DNA from: an uncultured Gammaproteobacteria bacterium
Lineage (GTDB): Bacteria > Patescibacteriota > Microgenomatia > Levybacterales > GWA1-39-11
DNA length: 64,000 bases
NCBI GenBank assembly: GCA_964651815.1
Contig: CAZYWG010000002.1
Coordinates: 92,522-156,521 of the forward strand
Reading direction: 5' to 3'
Below, in pieces: positions 47,483-56,742 of the stretch. The position numbers were made by a program, and so were the translations under genes. The notes beneath the pieces were generated by a model. The model was not told the origin of the DNA and did no database searches. It saw nothing but the letters and a program-made list of their open reading frames with translations. Numbering within the stretch: position 1 is the first letter of the stretch; every line of letters begins with the position of its first letter.

Positions 47483-48640
47483 CTACTCTTTGGGTTCTGA
47501 GGTGCGGAATTCACGAATAGCTGTCACTCTGACAACTCCGGGGACAATTAATTTTTTATCAATTTCTTCTTTTATTCTTTTTGCAACAATTGTTGTCTCT
47601 ACATCATCGAGTCGACCAGGATCGATAACAACTCTTAATTCGCGGCCTGCCTCAAATGCATATGCATCCATGACTCCATTGAAATTTTTTGCAATTTCTT
47701 CCATATCTCTAATACGTTTTACATATTCTTCAACATCTTCGTGTCTCGCACCCGGACGGCCTCCAGATGCGGCATCTGCCAAATAAACTAAAACTGATTC
47801 AACAGATGAAAAAGGCTTATCCTGGTGATGCTCGGCAACTGCATTGATAACCTCCCGTGGCATTTTGTATTTTTGGAGAAGATCAACACCAAGCTGCACA
47901 TGGCTTCCCTCTTTGTCTGAAACCACCTTTCCTATATCGTGAAAGAGACCTCCAACCTTTGCAATTTCAACATTTGCCCCAACTTCCGCTGCCAGATGCG
48001 CCGCAATTTTTGAAACTTCTAGCGAATGCATAATAAGATTTTGCCCAAATGAAGTACGGAATTTAAAGCGACCAAGATAAGATATTAAATCAGGATGTAT
48101 ATTTAAAACGCCTACCTCTTCTGCTATTTTTTGTCCTTCTTCAAGAAGTACTTGAGAAACCTCTTTTCTTTGCTGCTCAATTACCTCTTCAATCCTGACG
48201 GGTTGAATTCTTGTATCTTTGATAAGCAATTCAAGAGAGCGGCGCGCGATTTCCCGGCGTACAGAATCAAATGAAGAAAGCCTAATTATCCCTTCCTCAT
48301 CAAGCCCCACATCAACTCCACTCGCAGCCTCAAAAGTTCGGATATTACGGCCTTCTTTTCCAATTATTCTACCCTTAACGTCCTCGTCTTGAATTTTAAT
48401 GACTGAAACTGTGTATTCTGGGATAATGTCAAGAGTGCCATGCTGAAGTGAATCGGCCAGAATCTCACGCGCTTTTTGCGCAGCTGTTAACCTTGCTTCG
48501 TCTTCTGCTTCTCTGATTATTTTTGCAGCCTCCGCAGTTGATTCGTTGCGGATTTCATCAAGGAGGAGTTTTTTTGCTTGGTCTGAGGAAATATGAGATA
48601 TTTCCTCAAGCTTTTTCTTGTATTTCTGTTTGTCATCCAT
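47483..48640 (-). CDS. rny: Ribonuclease Y lacking the N-terminal TM anchor
   Basis: KH domain (KGRIIGKEGRNIR), HD domain (HDIGK), RPGAR and AGRELRV motifs. Confidence 0.95.
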   Translation of the reverse strand: MDDKQKYKKKLEEISHISSDQAKKLLLDEIRNESTAEAAKIIREAEDEARLTAAQKAREILADSLQHGTLDIIPEYTVSVIKIQDEDVKGRIIGKEGRNIRTFEAASGVDVGLDEEGIIRLSSFDSVRREIARRSLELLIKDTRIQPVRIEEVIEQQRKEVSQVLLEEGQKIAEEVGVLNIHPDLISYLGRFKFRTSFGQNLIMHSLEVSKIAAHLAAEVGANVEIAKVGGLFHDIGKVVSDKEGSHVQLGVDLLQKYKMPREVINAVAEHHQDKPFSSVESVLVYLADAASGGRPGARHEDVEEYVKRIRDMEEIAKNFNGVMDAYAFEAGRELRVVIDPGRLDDVETTIVAKRIKEEIDKKLIVPGVVRVTAIREFRTSEPKE

Positions 48641-48821
48641 AAAAATAAATGTGTGAGAGCAAAAGAAGGAAAGTCCTAAAAATTAGGCTTTTCGAAGTAA
48701 ATCGATTGGTTGAAAAAGAAGTTTAATCACGCCTTTAACCAAATCCTTTGGCTCAATGCTGATTATAACACTTCCCGCTAGACAATAAAAGCTACGTCTT
48801 GTAAACTAAATAAGCCTGCCT

Positions 48822-50102
48822 ATGCGCTTCATTAAAAATTTTGACGAGCTTGCTTTGACCCCTGAGAGAAAAGTTATATTGGAACTCGTTGAAACAGCGT
48901 TTGCTTCAATTCAGCCTAAAGAAGTTTTTGATAGGAATATTCACCGTCAAGGAAATACACTAACCATAGCAGATAAAGAATTCAATTTAGATAATTTTGA
49001 GCGTGTTTTTATTTTGGGGTTTGGCAAAGGAAGCTCTGGAAATTCCAAATTACTTGAAGATTTAATAATTGATAGGTTAACAAATGGTTATGTAATTGAT
49101 ACTGAAGGAAACGATTTTAAGAAAATTGAATTTTCCAAGGGGACACATCCGTTACCTTCTGAAGAAAATTTCAAATTTACAGAAAATGTAATTAATAAAT
49201 TGTCGGCTCTTACGGAAAAAGATTTGGTCTTGATAGTAATTTGTGGTGGAGGATCCGCAATGCTTGTCTATCCACATGCAATAACTCTAGACAAAAAAAT
49301 TAGCGTTGGGAAAGCGTTACTCAAATCCGGCGCGACAATTTCTGAAATGAATATTGTTAGAAAGCATTTGTCTCGTGTTAAGGGTGGTGGTTTGGCACAA
49401 ATCTTGTACCCTGCGACAGTTGCAACCCTTATTTATTCGGACGTCCCCGGAAATGATTTATCAACTATTGCGTCCGGCCCCACTGTGAAAGATCCAACAA
49501 CAATTGAAGACGCATTTGCATTAATAAAAAAGTTTGGTCTTGAACAAGAGTTAAATTTATCACATGATGATTTTGTAGAAAAGCCAAAAGAATCAAAATT
49601 TTTTGAAAAAGTTTCAAATGTTTTAGTTTTGAGCAACGAAACGGCGCTACAAGCCATGCAAAAAAGGGCAACGGAACTTGGTTGGAATGCAAATATTTTT
49701 TCCGATAGATTTGAGTCGGTTGCAAAAGAAGCGGGATCAAAATTAATTTCTGCAACGCATCAAAAAACCATTCTCTTGGCAGGAGGAGAAACAACTGTTC
49801 ATGTTACAAAACCAGGTGGGAGCGGCGGGCGAAATCAGGAATTAGTTTTGGCGGCTTTGCCGTTAGTGGGTAGAGACGTTACGATTTGCTCGTTTGATTC
49901 TGATGGTTGGGATAATTCTGAGGCGGCTGGAGCAATTGGCGACTACAAAACCGTTGAATCAGAACACGCAAAAAATGTAGATCCTGATAAGTTTTTAGAA
50001 ATTGATGACAGTCTTGATTTTTTTGCCAAAACTGGCGGAGCTATTATGACTGGAAGATTGCCATCGAACGTTTCTGATTTGATGATTGTCATGAGAAAAT
50101 AA
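48822..50102 (+). CDS. Glycerate 2-kinase (DUF4147/MOFRL)
   Basis: HPLP, GGGSA, VRKHLS..KGG, GGET, GGRNQE and NVSD motifs. Confidence 0.92.
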   Translation: MRFIKNFDELALTPERKVILELVETAFASIQPKEVFDRNIHRQGNTLTIADKEFNLDNFERVFILGFGKGSSGNSKLLEDLIIDRLTNGYVIDTEGNDFKKIEFSKGTHPLPSEENFKFTENVINKLSALTEKDLVLIVICGGGSAMLVYPHAITLDKKISVGKALLKSGATISEMNIVRKHLSRVKGGGLAQILYPATVATLIYSDVPGNDLSTIASGPTVKDPTTIEDAFALIKKFGLEQELNLSHDDFVEKPKESKFFEKVSNVLVLSNETALQAMQKRATELGWNANIFSDRFESVAKEAGSKLISATHQKTILLAGGETTVHVTKPGGSGGRNQELVLAALPLVGRDVTICSFDSDGWDNSEAAGAIGDYKTVESEHAKNVDPDKFLEIDDSLDFFAKTGGAIMTGRLPSNVSDLMIVMRK

Positions 50103-50103
50103 C

Positions 50104-50964
50104 ATGCGAGACTTAACGGACATAAAGATAAAAGAGTTGGAACTTAAAGCAACTCAAGCACGAGAGCTCGTTATTGAAACTCTGCTTGAAGCCGGAAGCG
50201 GACACAGCGCGGGACCTCTAGGAATGGCGGATATTTTTACAGCATTTTACTTTCATATTTTAAACCATGATCCTAAAAATCCAGACTGGGCGGATCGCGA
50301 CCGACTTATACTTTCCAACGGACATATATGCCCTATTCGCTACGTCTCAATGGCAATGAGCGGATATTTTCCTATTGATGAATTGAAAACTTTGAGAAAG
50401 TTAAACTCCAGACTTCAAGGACATCCGCACAGGACTGCTCTTCCTGGTGTTGAAACAACCTCAGGACCTCTTGGCGAAGGGATTTCTCAGGCAATTGGTA
50501 TTGCGCTTGCCGCAAAAATGGATAAGAAAAATTATCATGTTTATTGTCTGACGTCTGACGGAGAGCACCAGGAGGGAAATACTTGGGAAGCATTACTCGT
50601 TGCCTCAAAATATAAGCTTGATAACTTGACTGTCGTCATTGACCGCAACAATATTCAAATTGACGGATTTACCGAAGACATTTTGCCGCTCGATTATCTG
50701 CGCGCAAAATATGAGTCATTTAATTGGCATGCAATGGAAGTTGACGGACATAATATGAGAACCTTTGTTGATACTGTTGGTGAAGCGCTTGCAATACATC
50801 AAAAACCGACTGTAATAATCGCTAACACTATTCCCGGTAAAGGCGTAAGTTTCATGGAAAACAAGGTCGAATGGCACGGAAAGCCTCCGAATCCCGAGGA
50901 AGAAAAAAAAGCAATGGATGAATTGAGAACTCTGCAAGGAAAAATTGAAAGCGAACACCAATAA
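50104..50964 (+). CDS. Transketolase, N-terminal subunit
   Basis: RDRLILSNGH, LQGHP, DGEHQEG and WHGK motifs. Confidence 0.95.
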   Translation: MRDLTDIKIKELELKATQARELVIETLLEAGSGHSAGPLGMADIFTAFYFHILNHDPKNPDWADRDRLILSNGHICPIRYVSMAMSGYFPIDELKTLRKLNSRLQGHPHRTALPGVETTSGPLGEGISQAIGIALAAKMDKKNYHVYCLTSDGEHQEGNTWEALLVASKYKLDNLTVVIDRNNIQIDGFTEDILPLDYLRAKYESFNWHAMEVDGHNMRTFVDTVGEALAIHQKPTVIIANTIPGKGVSFMENKVEWHGKPPNPEEEKKAMDELRTLQGKIESEHQ

Positions 50965-50966
50965 GA

Positions 50967-51956
50967 ATGTTAAATCCTGATTTAAAACTTAACGATAAAA
51001 TGTTTGATGAGAAAGTTGAAAAAGATGCAACCCGCAGCGGTTATGGCACGGGGCTTGTAGCGCTTGGTGAAGAAGACCCGAAGGTAGTTGTATTGTCAGC
51101 CGATTTAACTGAATCAACAAAAGCAGATAGCTTTGCAAAAAAATGGCCGGAAAGATTCTTTGAAATGGGAGTCGCGGAGCAAAATATGGCGGCAGTGGCA
51201 GCAGGTCTTGGAGTAACTGGTAAAACCGCTTTTATTTCTTCTTATGCAACTTTCTCCCCTGGCAAAAATTGGGAAACAATCCGCACAACTATTGTCTACA
51301 ATCAGTCAAACGTAAAAATTGCCGGACACCATGCGGGCGTCATGACAGGACCGGATGGTGCTACTCATCAAGCAACGGAAGATATTGCTTCGGTTCGCCC
51401 ATGGCCGGGAATTAAAATCTTTGTCCCGTGTGATGCGATTGAAGGAAAGAAAGCAACGATTTCGGCGGGTCAACACGTGGGTCCAGTTTATTTAAGATTC
51501 TCCCGAGATAAAACACCAATCATGACCACTGAAGCAACTCCCTTCAATGATAACATTCAAATTTTTTGGACTTCGGAAAAACCGCAAGTAGTGATATTCG
51601 GAATGGGTTGGCTTTTATATCAAGCTTTACTTGCAGCAAAAGACCTAGAAAAAGAAGGAGTTAATGTGCTTGTCGCAAATGTTGCGACTGTTAAACCGAT
51701 CGATGAAACAACTATTCTAAAATTGGTCAAACAAACTGGCGCCGCGGTTTCAGTTGAAGATCACCAGATTGCAGGTGGCCTTGGTAGTGCTATCGCTGAA
51801 GTCCTTGCCAAAAATTCTCCAACCCCCATGGAATTTGTGGGTCTTCAAGACACTTTCGCAGAATCAGGAACACCGGCGGAACTTATCAAGAAATACAAGA
51901 TGGATAAATATGCAATAATAGAATCAGTCAAGAAAGTTATTACCAGAAAAAAATGA
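50967..51956 (+). CDS. Transketolase, C-terminal subunit
   Basis: GVAEQN, GPDGATHQ and VEDH..GGLG motifs. Confidence 0.95.
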   Translation: MLNPDLKLNDKMFDEKVEKDATRSGYGTGLVALGEEDPKVVVLSADLTESTKADSFAKKWPERFFEMGVAEQNMAAVAAGLGVTGKTAFISSYATFSPGKNWETIRTTIVYNQSNVKIAGHHAGVMTGPDGATHQATEDIASVRPWPGIKIFVPCDAIEGKKATISAGQHVGPVYLRFSRDKTPIMTTEATPFNDNIQIFWTSEKPQVVIFGMGWLLYQALLAAKDLEKEGVNVLVANVATVKPIDETTILKLVKQTGAAVSVEDHQIAGGLGSAIAEVLAKNSPTPMEFVGLQDTFAESGTPAELIKKYKMDKYAIIESVKKVITRKK

Positions 51957-53608
51957 ACGACCAACTCTTGCAAGAACTTAAACAATCAATAAAAGGTGAC
52001 GTCTTAAATGACGAACAAACCTTAATGGATTATAGCCATGATGCTTCGCTCTTTGAGGTAAAACCTCAAGTTGTTGTTTTTCCAAAAGATGAAGTAGATG
52101 TCCAGTCACTTGTTAATTTTGTAAACAAACATAAATCAGAACACCCAAAACTTTCTCTTACCGGGCGGTCTGCCGGAACAGATATGAGTGGCGGTTCAAT
52201 TAACGAATCTATAATCGTCGCTTTTGGAAAATATTTTAATCACCCGCCAATTATAAATGGGACGCTCGTGACGACCGAACCCGGGGTTTTTTACCGGGAC
52301 CTTGAAGTAGAAACACTTAAGCAAAATTTAATCTTCCCTTCTTACCCTGCATCCCGCGGACTTTGCGCTATGGGTGGAATATTTAATAATAATTCCGGTG
52401 GCGAAAAATCCCTTCAATATGGGAAAACGGAAAAATATGTAAAGCGCGTAAAAGTAGTTTTGAAAGACGGAAAAACTTACGAAATTAAACCGTTGAATGA
52501 AGAGGAACTAAAGCACAAAATGGAACAAGATGACGTTGAAGGGGAAATTTATAAGAAAATGTTTGAACTTATTAATAACAACTACGATGAAATAAAAGCT
52601 GCAAAACCGGACGTTACAAAAAATTCTGCTGGTTATTTTTTATGGAACGTTTATGACCGTGAGACAAAAATATTTGACCTTACAAAACTTTGGGTAGGTG
52701 CACAAGGAACTCTAGGGATGTTCTTGGAAGGAGATATTGAAATTGTCCCAGTCCATAAACACCGTGATATGTTAATTATTTTCCTTCATGATACCGCACA
52801 TTTGGGCCAGATAATAAATGAAGTTTTGGCATTAAATCCTGAAAGTTTTGAGTCGTACGATGACAACACTTTAAAACTAGCACTTAAATATTTCCCGGAA
52901 TTCGCAAAGCAACTTGGACTTCTGGGGATGATTCAAGCAGGATTTGCATTTTTACCGGCATTTCTATCTTTATTTACTGGAAGAAGTCTTCCAAAACTAG
53001 TTTTGCAAGTTGATTTCACAAGTGACGATTTAAAAGAAGTAGAACAAAAGGTTGCAACTCTAAAAGAAAGGCTCAAACCTCTTCATCCACAGACCCAGGT
53101 TGCTGAAGAAGGCGCAGAACAAAAATATTGGCTAGTACGCCGCGAAAGTTTCAATTTACTTAGGAAGAAAATAAGAAATAAGCACACAGCACCTTTTATA
53201 GATGACTTTGTCATTAAGCCTGAATTTATTGCGGAAGTAATTCCTCAAGTAACTGACATTCTTAAAAATTATCCTGAATTTATGTATACGGTAGCAGGAC
53301 ACGTGGGAAATGGAAATTTCCATATTATTCCACTTGTTGACATCCAAAATCCTAAAGTCAGGACTGCAATTCCGGAAATTTCTGACAAGGTATACGCAAT
53401 TGTCGCAAAGTACAAAGGTTCCATAACCGGCGAACATAATGATGGCATGATTAGAACACCTTATCTTGAGACAATGTATGGCAAAAAAATTGTGGATTTA
53501 TTTGCAGAAACTAAGAAAATTTTTGATCCTGAAAATATTTTCAACCCCGGCAAAAAGGTAGGTGGCACGCTTGAATACGCAATGAGCCACATTAGGACAA
53601 ATTGGTAA
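51953..53608 (+). CDS. FAD-linked oxidase (GlcD/D-2-hydroxyacid dehydrogenase family)
   Basis: RSAGT, GAQGTLG, GHVGNGNFH, GEHNDG and FDPENIFNPGK motifs. Confidence 0.9.
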   Translation: MNDQLLQELKQSIKGDVLNDEQTLMDYSHDASLFEVKPQVVVFPKDEVDVQSLVNFVNKHKSEHPKLSLTGRSAGTDMSGGSINESIIVAFGKYFNHPPIINGTLVTTEPGVFYRDLEVETLKQNLIFPSYPASRGLCAMGGIFNNNSGGEKSLQYGKTEKYVKRVKVVLKDGKTYEIKPLNEEELKHKMEQDDVEGEIYKKMFELINNNYDEIKAAKPDVTKNSAGYFLWNVYDRETKIFDLTKLWVGAQGTLGMFLEGDIEIVPVHKHRDMLIIFLHDTAHLGQIINEVLALNPESFESYDDNTLKLALKYFPEFAKQLGLLGMIQAGFAFLPAFLSLFTGRSLPKLVLQVDFTSDDLKEVEQKVATLKERLKPLHPQTQVAEEGAEQKYWLVRRESFNLLRKKIRNKHTAPFIDDFVIKPEFIAEVIPQVTDILKNYPEFMYTVAGHVGNGNFHIIPLVDIQNPKVRTAIPEISDKVYAIVAKYKGSITGEHNDGMIRTPYLETMYGKKIVDLFAETKKIFDPENIFNPGKKVGGTLEYAMSHIRTNW

Positions 53609-53612
53609 TATT

Positions 53613-54032
53613 ATGCATGCGCCTCTCTATAGTTCTATAACTTTATTTGCAGAAATTATAGTTTCAGCAGTTATTTACTTCACACTTTACCAGGGTTATA
53701 AACACAATAAGTTTCCTACCATTCTTGCTTTTAGCGCTCTCCTTTATGAATTGATTTTTAACATTTCCTATATGGCAAACAGAGTCCCCTCTCATATTAA
53801 AGTTGCAAAAATTGAATCACCGGGAATTGTCGCACTTGCTGCAATTCACGGGATACTCTCTCTTCTAATGTTTATTGCCCTAATAATTTTCTTTATTGTT
53901 GCATGGAAAAATTACATGAAAGAAAAGAATTACTTCAAAGATCACAAAAAACTCACATATACATTTCTTTTCTTCTGGACATTTTCTATAATTTCAGGCG
54001 TTCTCTTCTATATTGTAGAGTATGTAATTTAG
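53613..54032 (+). CDS. 4-TM membrane protein (DUF420-like)
   Basis: Four hydrophobic helices with an IHG motif. Confidence 0.6.
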   Translation: MHAPLYSSITLFAEIIVSAVIYFTLYQGYKHNKFPTILAFSALLYELIFNISYMANRVPSHIKVAKIESPGIVALAAIHGILSLLMFIALIIFFIVAWKNYMKEKNYFKDHKKLTYTFLFFWTFSIISGVLFYIVEYVI

Positions 54033-54059
54033 AGAATTTTACTCAAAATTATATATTTA

Positions 54060-54578
54060 CTAAATTGTTGCGAAGGCAAGAGCGGCACCAATGATTGCTA
54101 CATTTCTGAATGTTACATTTAAGAAAGAATAATTTATTATTGTAATTGTAATTAGGAATAATGCTGTAACGAGACCCGAATATCTTCTGAATTTACCCGA
54201 CAAAATCCAAAGCGCAAGAATTACTTCAAATGCACTGAATACCGGCAAAAATACGCTCAAAGGTAATACGTGTGTAACAAAAGCCGGAACATATTTTGCA
54301 CCTGTCCTTGCATCTCCCGACACAAAGATTGCAGCATAAATAAAAACAAACCCCAGACCAACGCGCAAACTAATTGAAGGGAAGTTATGTATTAGTTTTT
54401 CTCGCCAATTCATTGATGCTACAGTAACATTTATTGCTTGGGATTTCTGTTCTGGAGCAAAATATACCATAAGGTCTTCTTCACGCCAACCGTTTGCTAC
54501 TAGGCTTTGCTTTATTGCGTCCAGTGCTATTCCTTTTGATTTACTCTCGTTAATATATTTGACTATGTCATTATTCAC
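54060..54578 (-). CDS. DoxX-like membrane protein with a small N-terminal helical domain
   Basis: LRVGLGFVFIYA, E..L and RNVAI motifs; probable GTG start at 54578. Confidence 0.7.
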   Translation of the reverse strand: MNNDIVKYINESKSKGIALDAIKQSLVANGWREEDLMVYFAPEQKSQAINVTVASMNWREKLIHNFPSISLRVGLGFVFIYAAIFVSGDARTGAKYVPAFVTHVLPLSVFLPVFSAFEVILALWILSGKFRRYSGLVTALFLITITIINYSFLNVTFRNVAIIGAALAFATI

Positions 54579-54631
54579 GCTAATTAAATAATAAAGAGTT
54601 GTAAAAAAAATTGCAATAAAATTAAATCTGG

Positions 54632-54997
54632 TTATGGGGAAATTTGTTCTATTTTGGAGGCAACTATAAAATCGTTGGGAGAAAGGCCGCCAATCGCATG
54701 CGTCCAAAGAGTAATGGTCACTCTTGAATATGAAATTATGATATCCGGGTGGTGGTCTTCAGCATTCGCAATATCCGCAACCTTATTTACAAACTTCATG
54801 GCAGTTACAAAATCTTTAAATTTAAACTTTTTCTGTATTTTTTTGCCTTCTCCGGGAATAGACTTTGGAGAAGAAGGAGTGTCATCTATAACTTCCCAAG
54901 GAGTTTTAAGATAAGTCATGTAGGTTTGAATTTCTTCCGGAGAAAAAGGTTTTGTCCCTCCCTCACACGGAACACATTTTTGCTTAGTCAAATCCAT
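54632..54997 (-). CDS. phhB: Pterin-4-alpha-carbinolamine dehydratase
   Basis: CVPCEGG, DHHPD and WTHAIGGLS.NDF motifs. Confidence 0.93.
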   Translation of the reverse strand: MDLTKQKCVPCEGGTKPFSPEEIQTYMTYLKTPWEVIDDTPSSPKSIPGEGKKIQKKFKFKDFVTAMKFVNKVADIANAEDHHPDIIISYSRVTITLWTHAIGGLSPNDFIVASKIEQISP

Positions 54998-55015
54998 AAA
55001 AATATTATATACCTT

Positions 55016-55921
55016 TCAAGATAAAAATTTAGCAACGTCTTGTAAGTTTCCTGTATTAATTTGGTGTTCATCAATAATTTCGGTTGCATTTGAACCTCTT
55101 TGATACAAAACAACTAGACCGAATCCCAAAACTTCTTTTGGCGTTTGTAAATCACCGCCGAATGAATCTCCTATCATTAGGGTATTTGAAAGATTAAACG
55201 GCTTTCCCAAATCTGATTCTGCTGCTTTAATTCCCTTTTCAAAGAAATCGCGGTGCGGTTTATCTTCAGGATCTCCAATAGAAAGACTATCAAACAACAC
55301 ACCCATATCTCTCAAAATTTCTATTCTTTGTCTTTTGAGAGCTTCCGAATATTTAGGCTCATAATCAAACTGCCCGTCGGCAGCCAAAGTCAATCTTCCG
55401 TCACTACTTGTAATAAGATAAATTGGCCTTTTGTGTTTTTTTATTTCATTTACTAGCGCGAGCGCATCGGGAAAGACGTGGGTTTGTTTCGCAAGAGAAA
55501 TCCAATAAGCGTCCCCCGCCTCAACAATCATTTCGGGTGTTGTTTTGAGTCCCACTCGATCTGCCGCAATTTTTATGAGAACCTCACGGCTCCATTTTTT
55601 AATGAATCCATATTTTTCTTTAACTCTTTTTTGAAAATTCTCGATCTCTATTAAAATATTCTCGTAGGCTTCCTTTCCGCCATTAACTTTTTTCCACTCT
55701 TCATCTTCTTTCACTCGATATCCATCCATCATCATCGTAAAAATTTCAACGTAAACTTTTTTTACTTTCTCTGCTTCATTTTCTGAGTATTTTGCAGCAA
55801 ATACTTTTTTAATTCCTTCCGATGCGAAAAGTGTTAAACCGCCAGTATCGATAAGCGTGTCATCCACATCAAAAAACCAGACAGACTCGCTCCACGGAAT
55901 CTTAATCAGATTATTTTCCAT
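55016..55921 (-). CDS. HAD-superfamily hydrolase with a large cap
   Basis: FDVDDTL, ITS, KP and IGDS...D motifs. Confidence 0.8.
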   Translation of the reverse strand: MENNLIKIPWSESVWFFDVDDTLIDTGGLTLFASEGIKKVFAAKYSENEAEKVKKVYVEIFTMMMDGYRVKEDEEWKKVNGGKEAYENILIEIENFQKRVKEKYGFIKKWSREVLIKIAADRVGLKTTPEMIVEAGDAYWISLAKQTHVFPDALALVNEIKKHKRPIYLITSSDGRLTLAADGQFDYEPKYSEALKRQRIEILRDMGVLFDSLSIGDPEDKPHRDFFEKGIKAAESDLGKPFNLSNTLMIGDSFGGDLQTPKEVLGFGLVVLYQRGSNATEIIDEHQINTGNLQDVAKFLS

Positions 55922-55949
55922 CTCTTGATTTTATCACAGCTTATGGACG

Positions 55950-56441
55950 TTATTTTCTTTTCTGAAATGCTGTGTAATGATGGTACGAGAATGGAAATTT
56001 AACTTGATTGAGGTGCTTATCATCTTTTAATTGGCGTTCCCTGATTTCCCAGGTATATCTTTTTCCGCAGTCATCACTACTGAAAACTATATATCCACCC
56101 GACTTGAGAACTCTCAAAAACTCTCTCTTATCTGAAAGTTCTATATGAATATCCTGCACAAAGACGACATCCAAAGACCCGTTTTTAAACGGTAGTCCGC
56201 GATTGATATCTCCATACATTAAATTCTGTCCCCGCGGGGCTAAATCTTGGTTTTCATCCAAATAATAAGTTTTTTCATTTTCAAATGATCGTTCTAATAC
56301 GTGGTCGTAACCTACGCCCGGGTAGAAAATTCTTTCAGCTCCGGTCACAGCTCTAAAGTTAGCCCAATATCTTCTGGCGCTAAAGTAGCGAATTCTATCA
56401 GTGACATCTTTTAAGTTAGTTATCGGTCCTCTTTCTGGCAT
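55950..56441 (-). CDS. Small class I SAM methyltransferase-like protein
   Basis: YPGVG, LPFKNGSLDVV and RVLKSGG motifs. Confidence 0.7.
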   Translation of the reverse strand: MPERGPITNLKDVTDRIRYFSARRYWANFRAVTGAERIFYPGVGYDHVLERSFENEKTYYLDENQDLAPRGQNLMYGDINRGLPFKNGSLDVVFVQDIHIELSDKREFLRVLKSGGYIVFSSDDCGKRYTWEIRERQLKDDKHLNQVKFPFSYHHYTAFQKRK

Positions 56442-56537
56442 ATAAAGTATTGAGTATACTTTCTATAGACCTGTAAATCAAGGCTACTACATGGTTAGAA
56501 CTTCTGGCATAAATTCTGTATAATACTAAGAACACTT

Positions 56538-56611
56538 CGGGGTGTAGTTTAACGGTAGAATGCGCGGCTGGGGGTCGTGCGGATGGAGTCCGATTCTCCA
56601 CACCCCGACCA
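56538..56611 (+). tRNA. tRNA-Pro(GGG)
   Basis: Acceptor stem CGGGGTG/CACCCCG plus ACCA; anticodon loop CT-GGG-GG; T-stem TGGAG/CTCCA. Confidence 0.93.
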
Positions 56612-56624
56612 GATCCGTAAAGAG

Positions 56625-56637
56625 GATTCTCCACACC
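56625..56637 (+). repeat. 13-bp direct repeat of the tRNA 3' half (att-like scar)
   Basis: GATTCTCCACACC at 56592-56604 and 56625-56637. Confidence 0.75.
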
Positions 56638-56742
56638 ACGGACTAACGCTTTATTATATCTAATTTATATGCAATTTACTCCATTTTGGAATGTTTTGAT
56701 CTATTGAATTTTATTCGAAAGTTAACTACAATAATCTGAATT

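Noticed and set aside
56416-56634. 72-aa minus-strand ORF
   Set aside because: Antisense to tRNA-Pro.
55016-56700. Prophage or integrative element at tRNA-Pro
   Set aside because: No integrase or phage genes; only a 13-bp scar remains.
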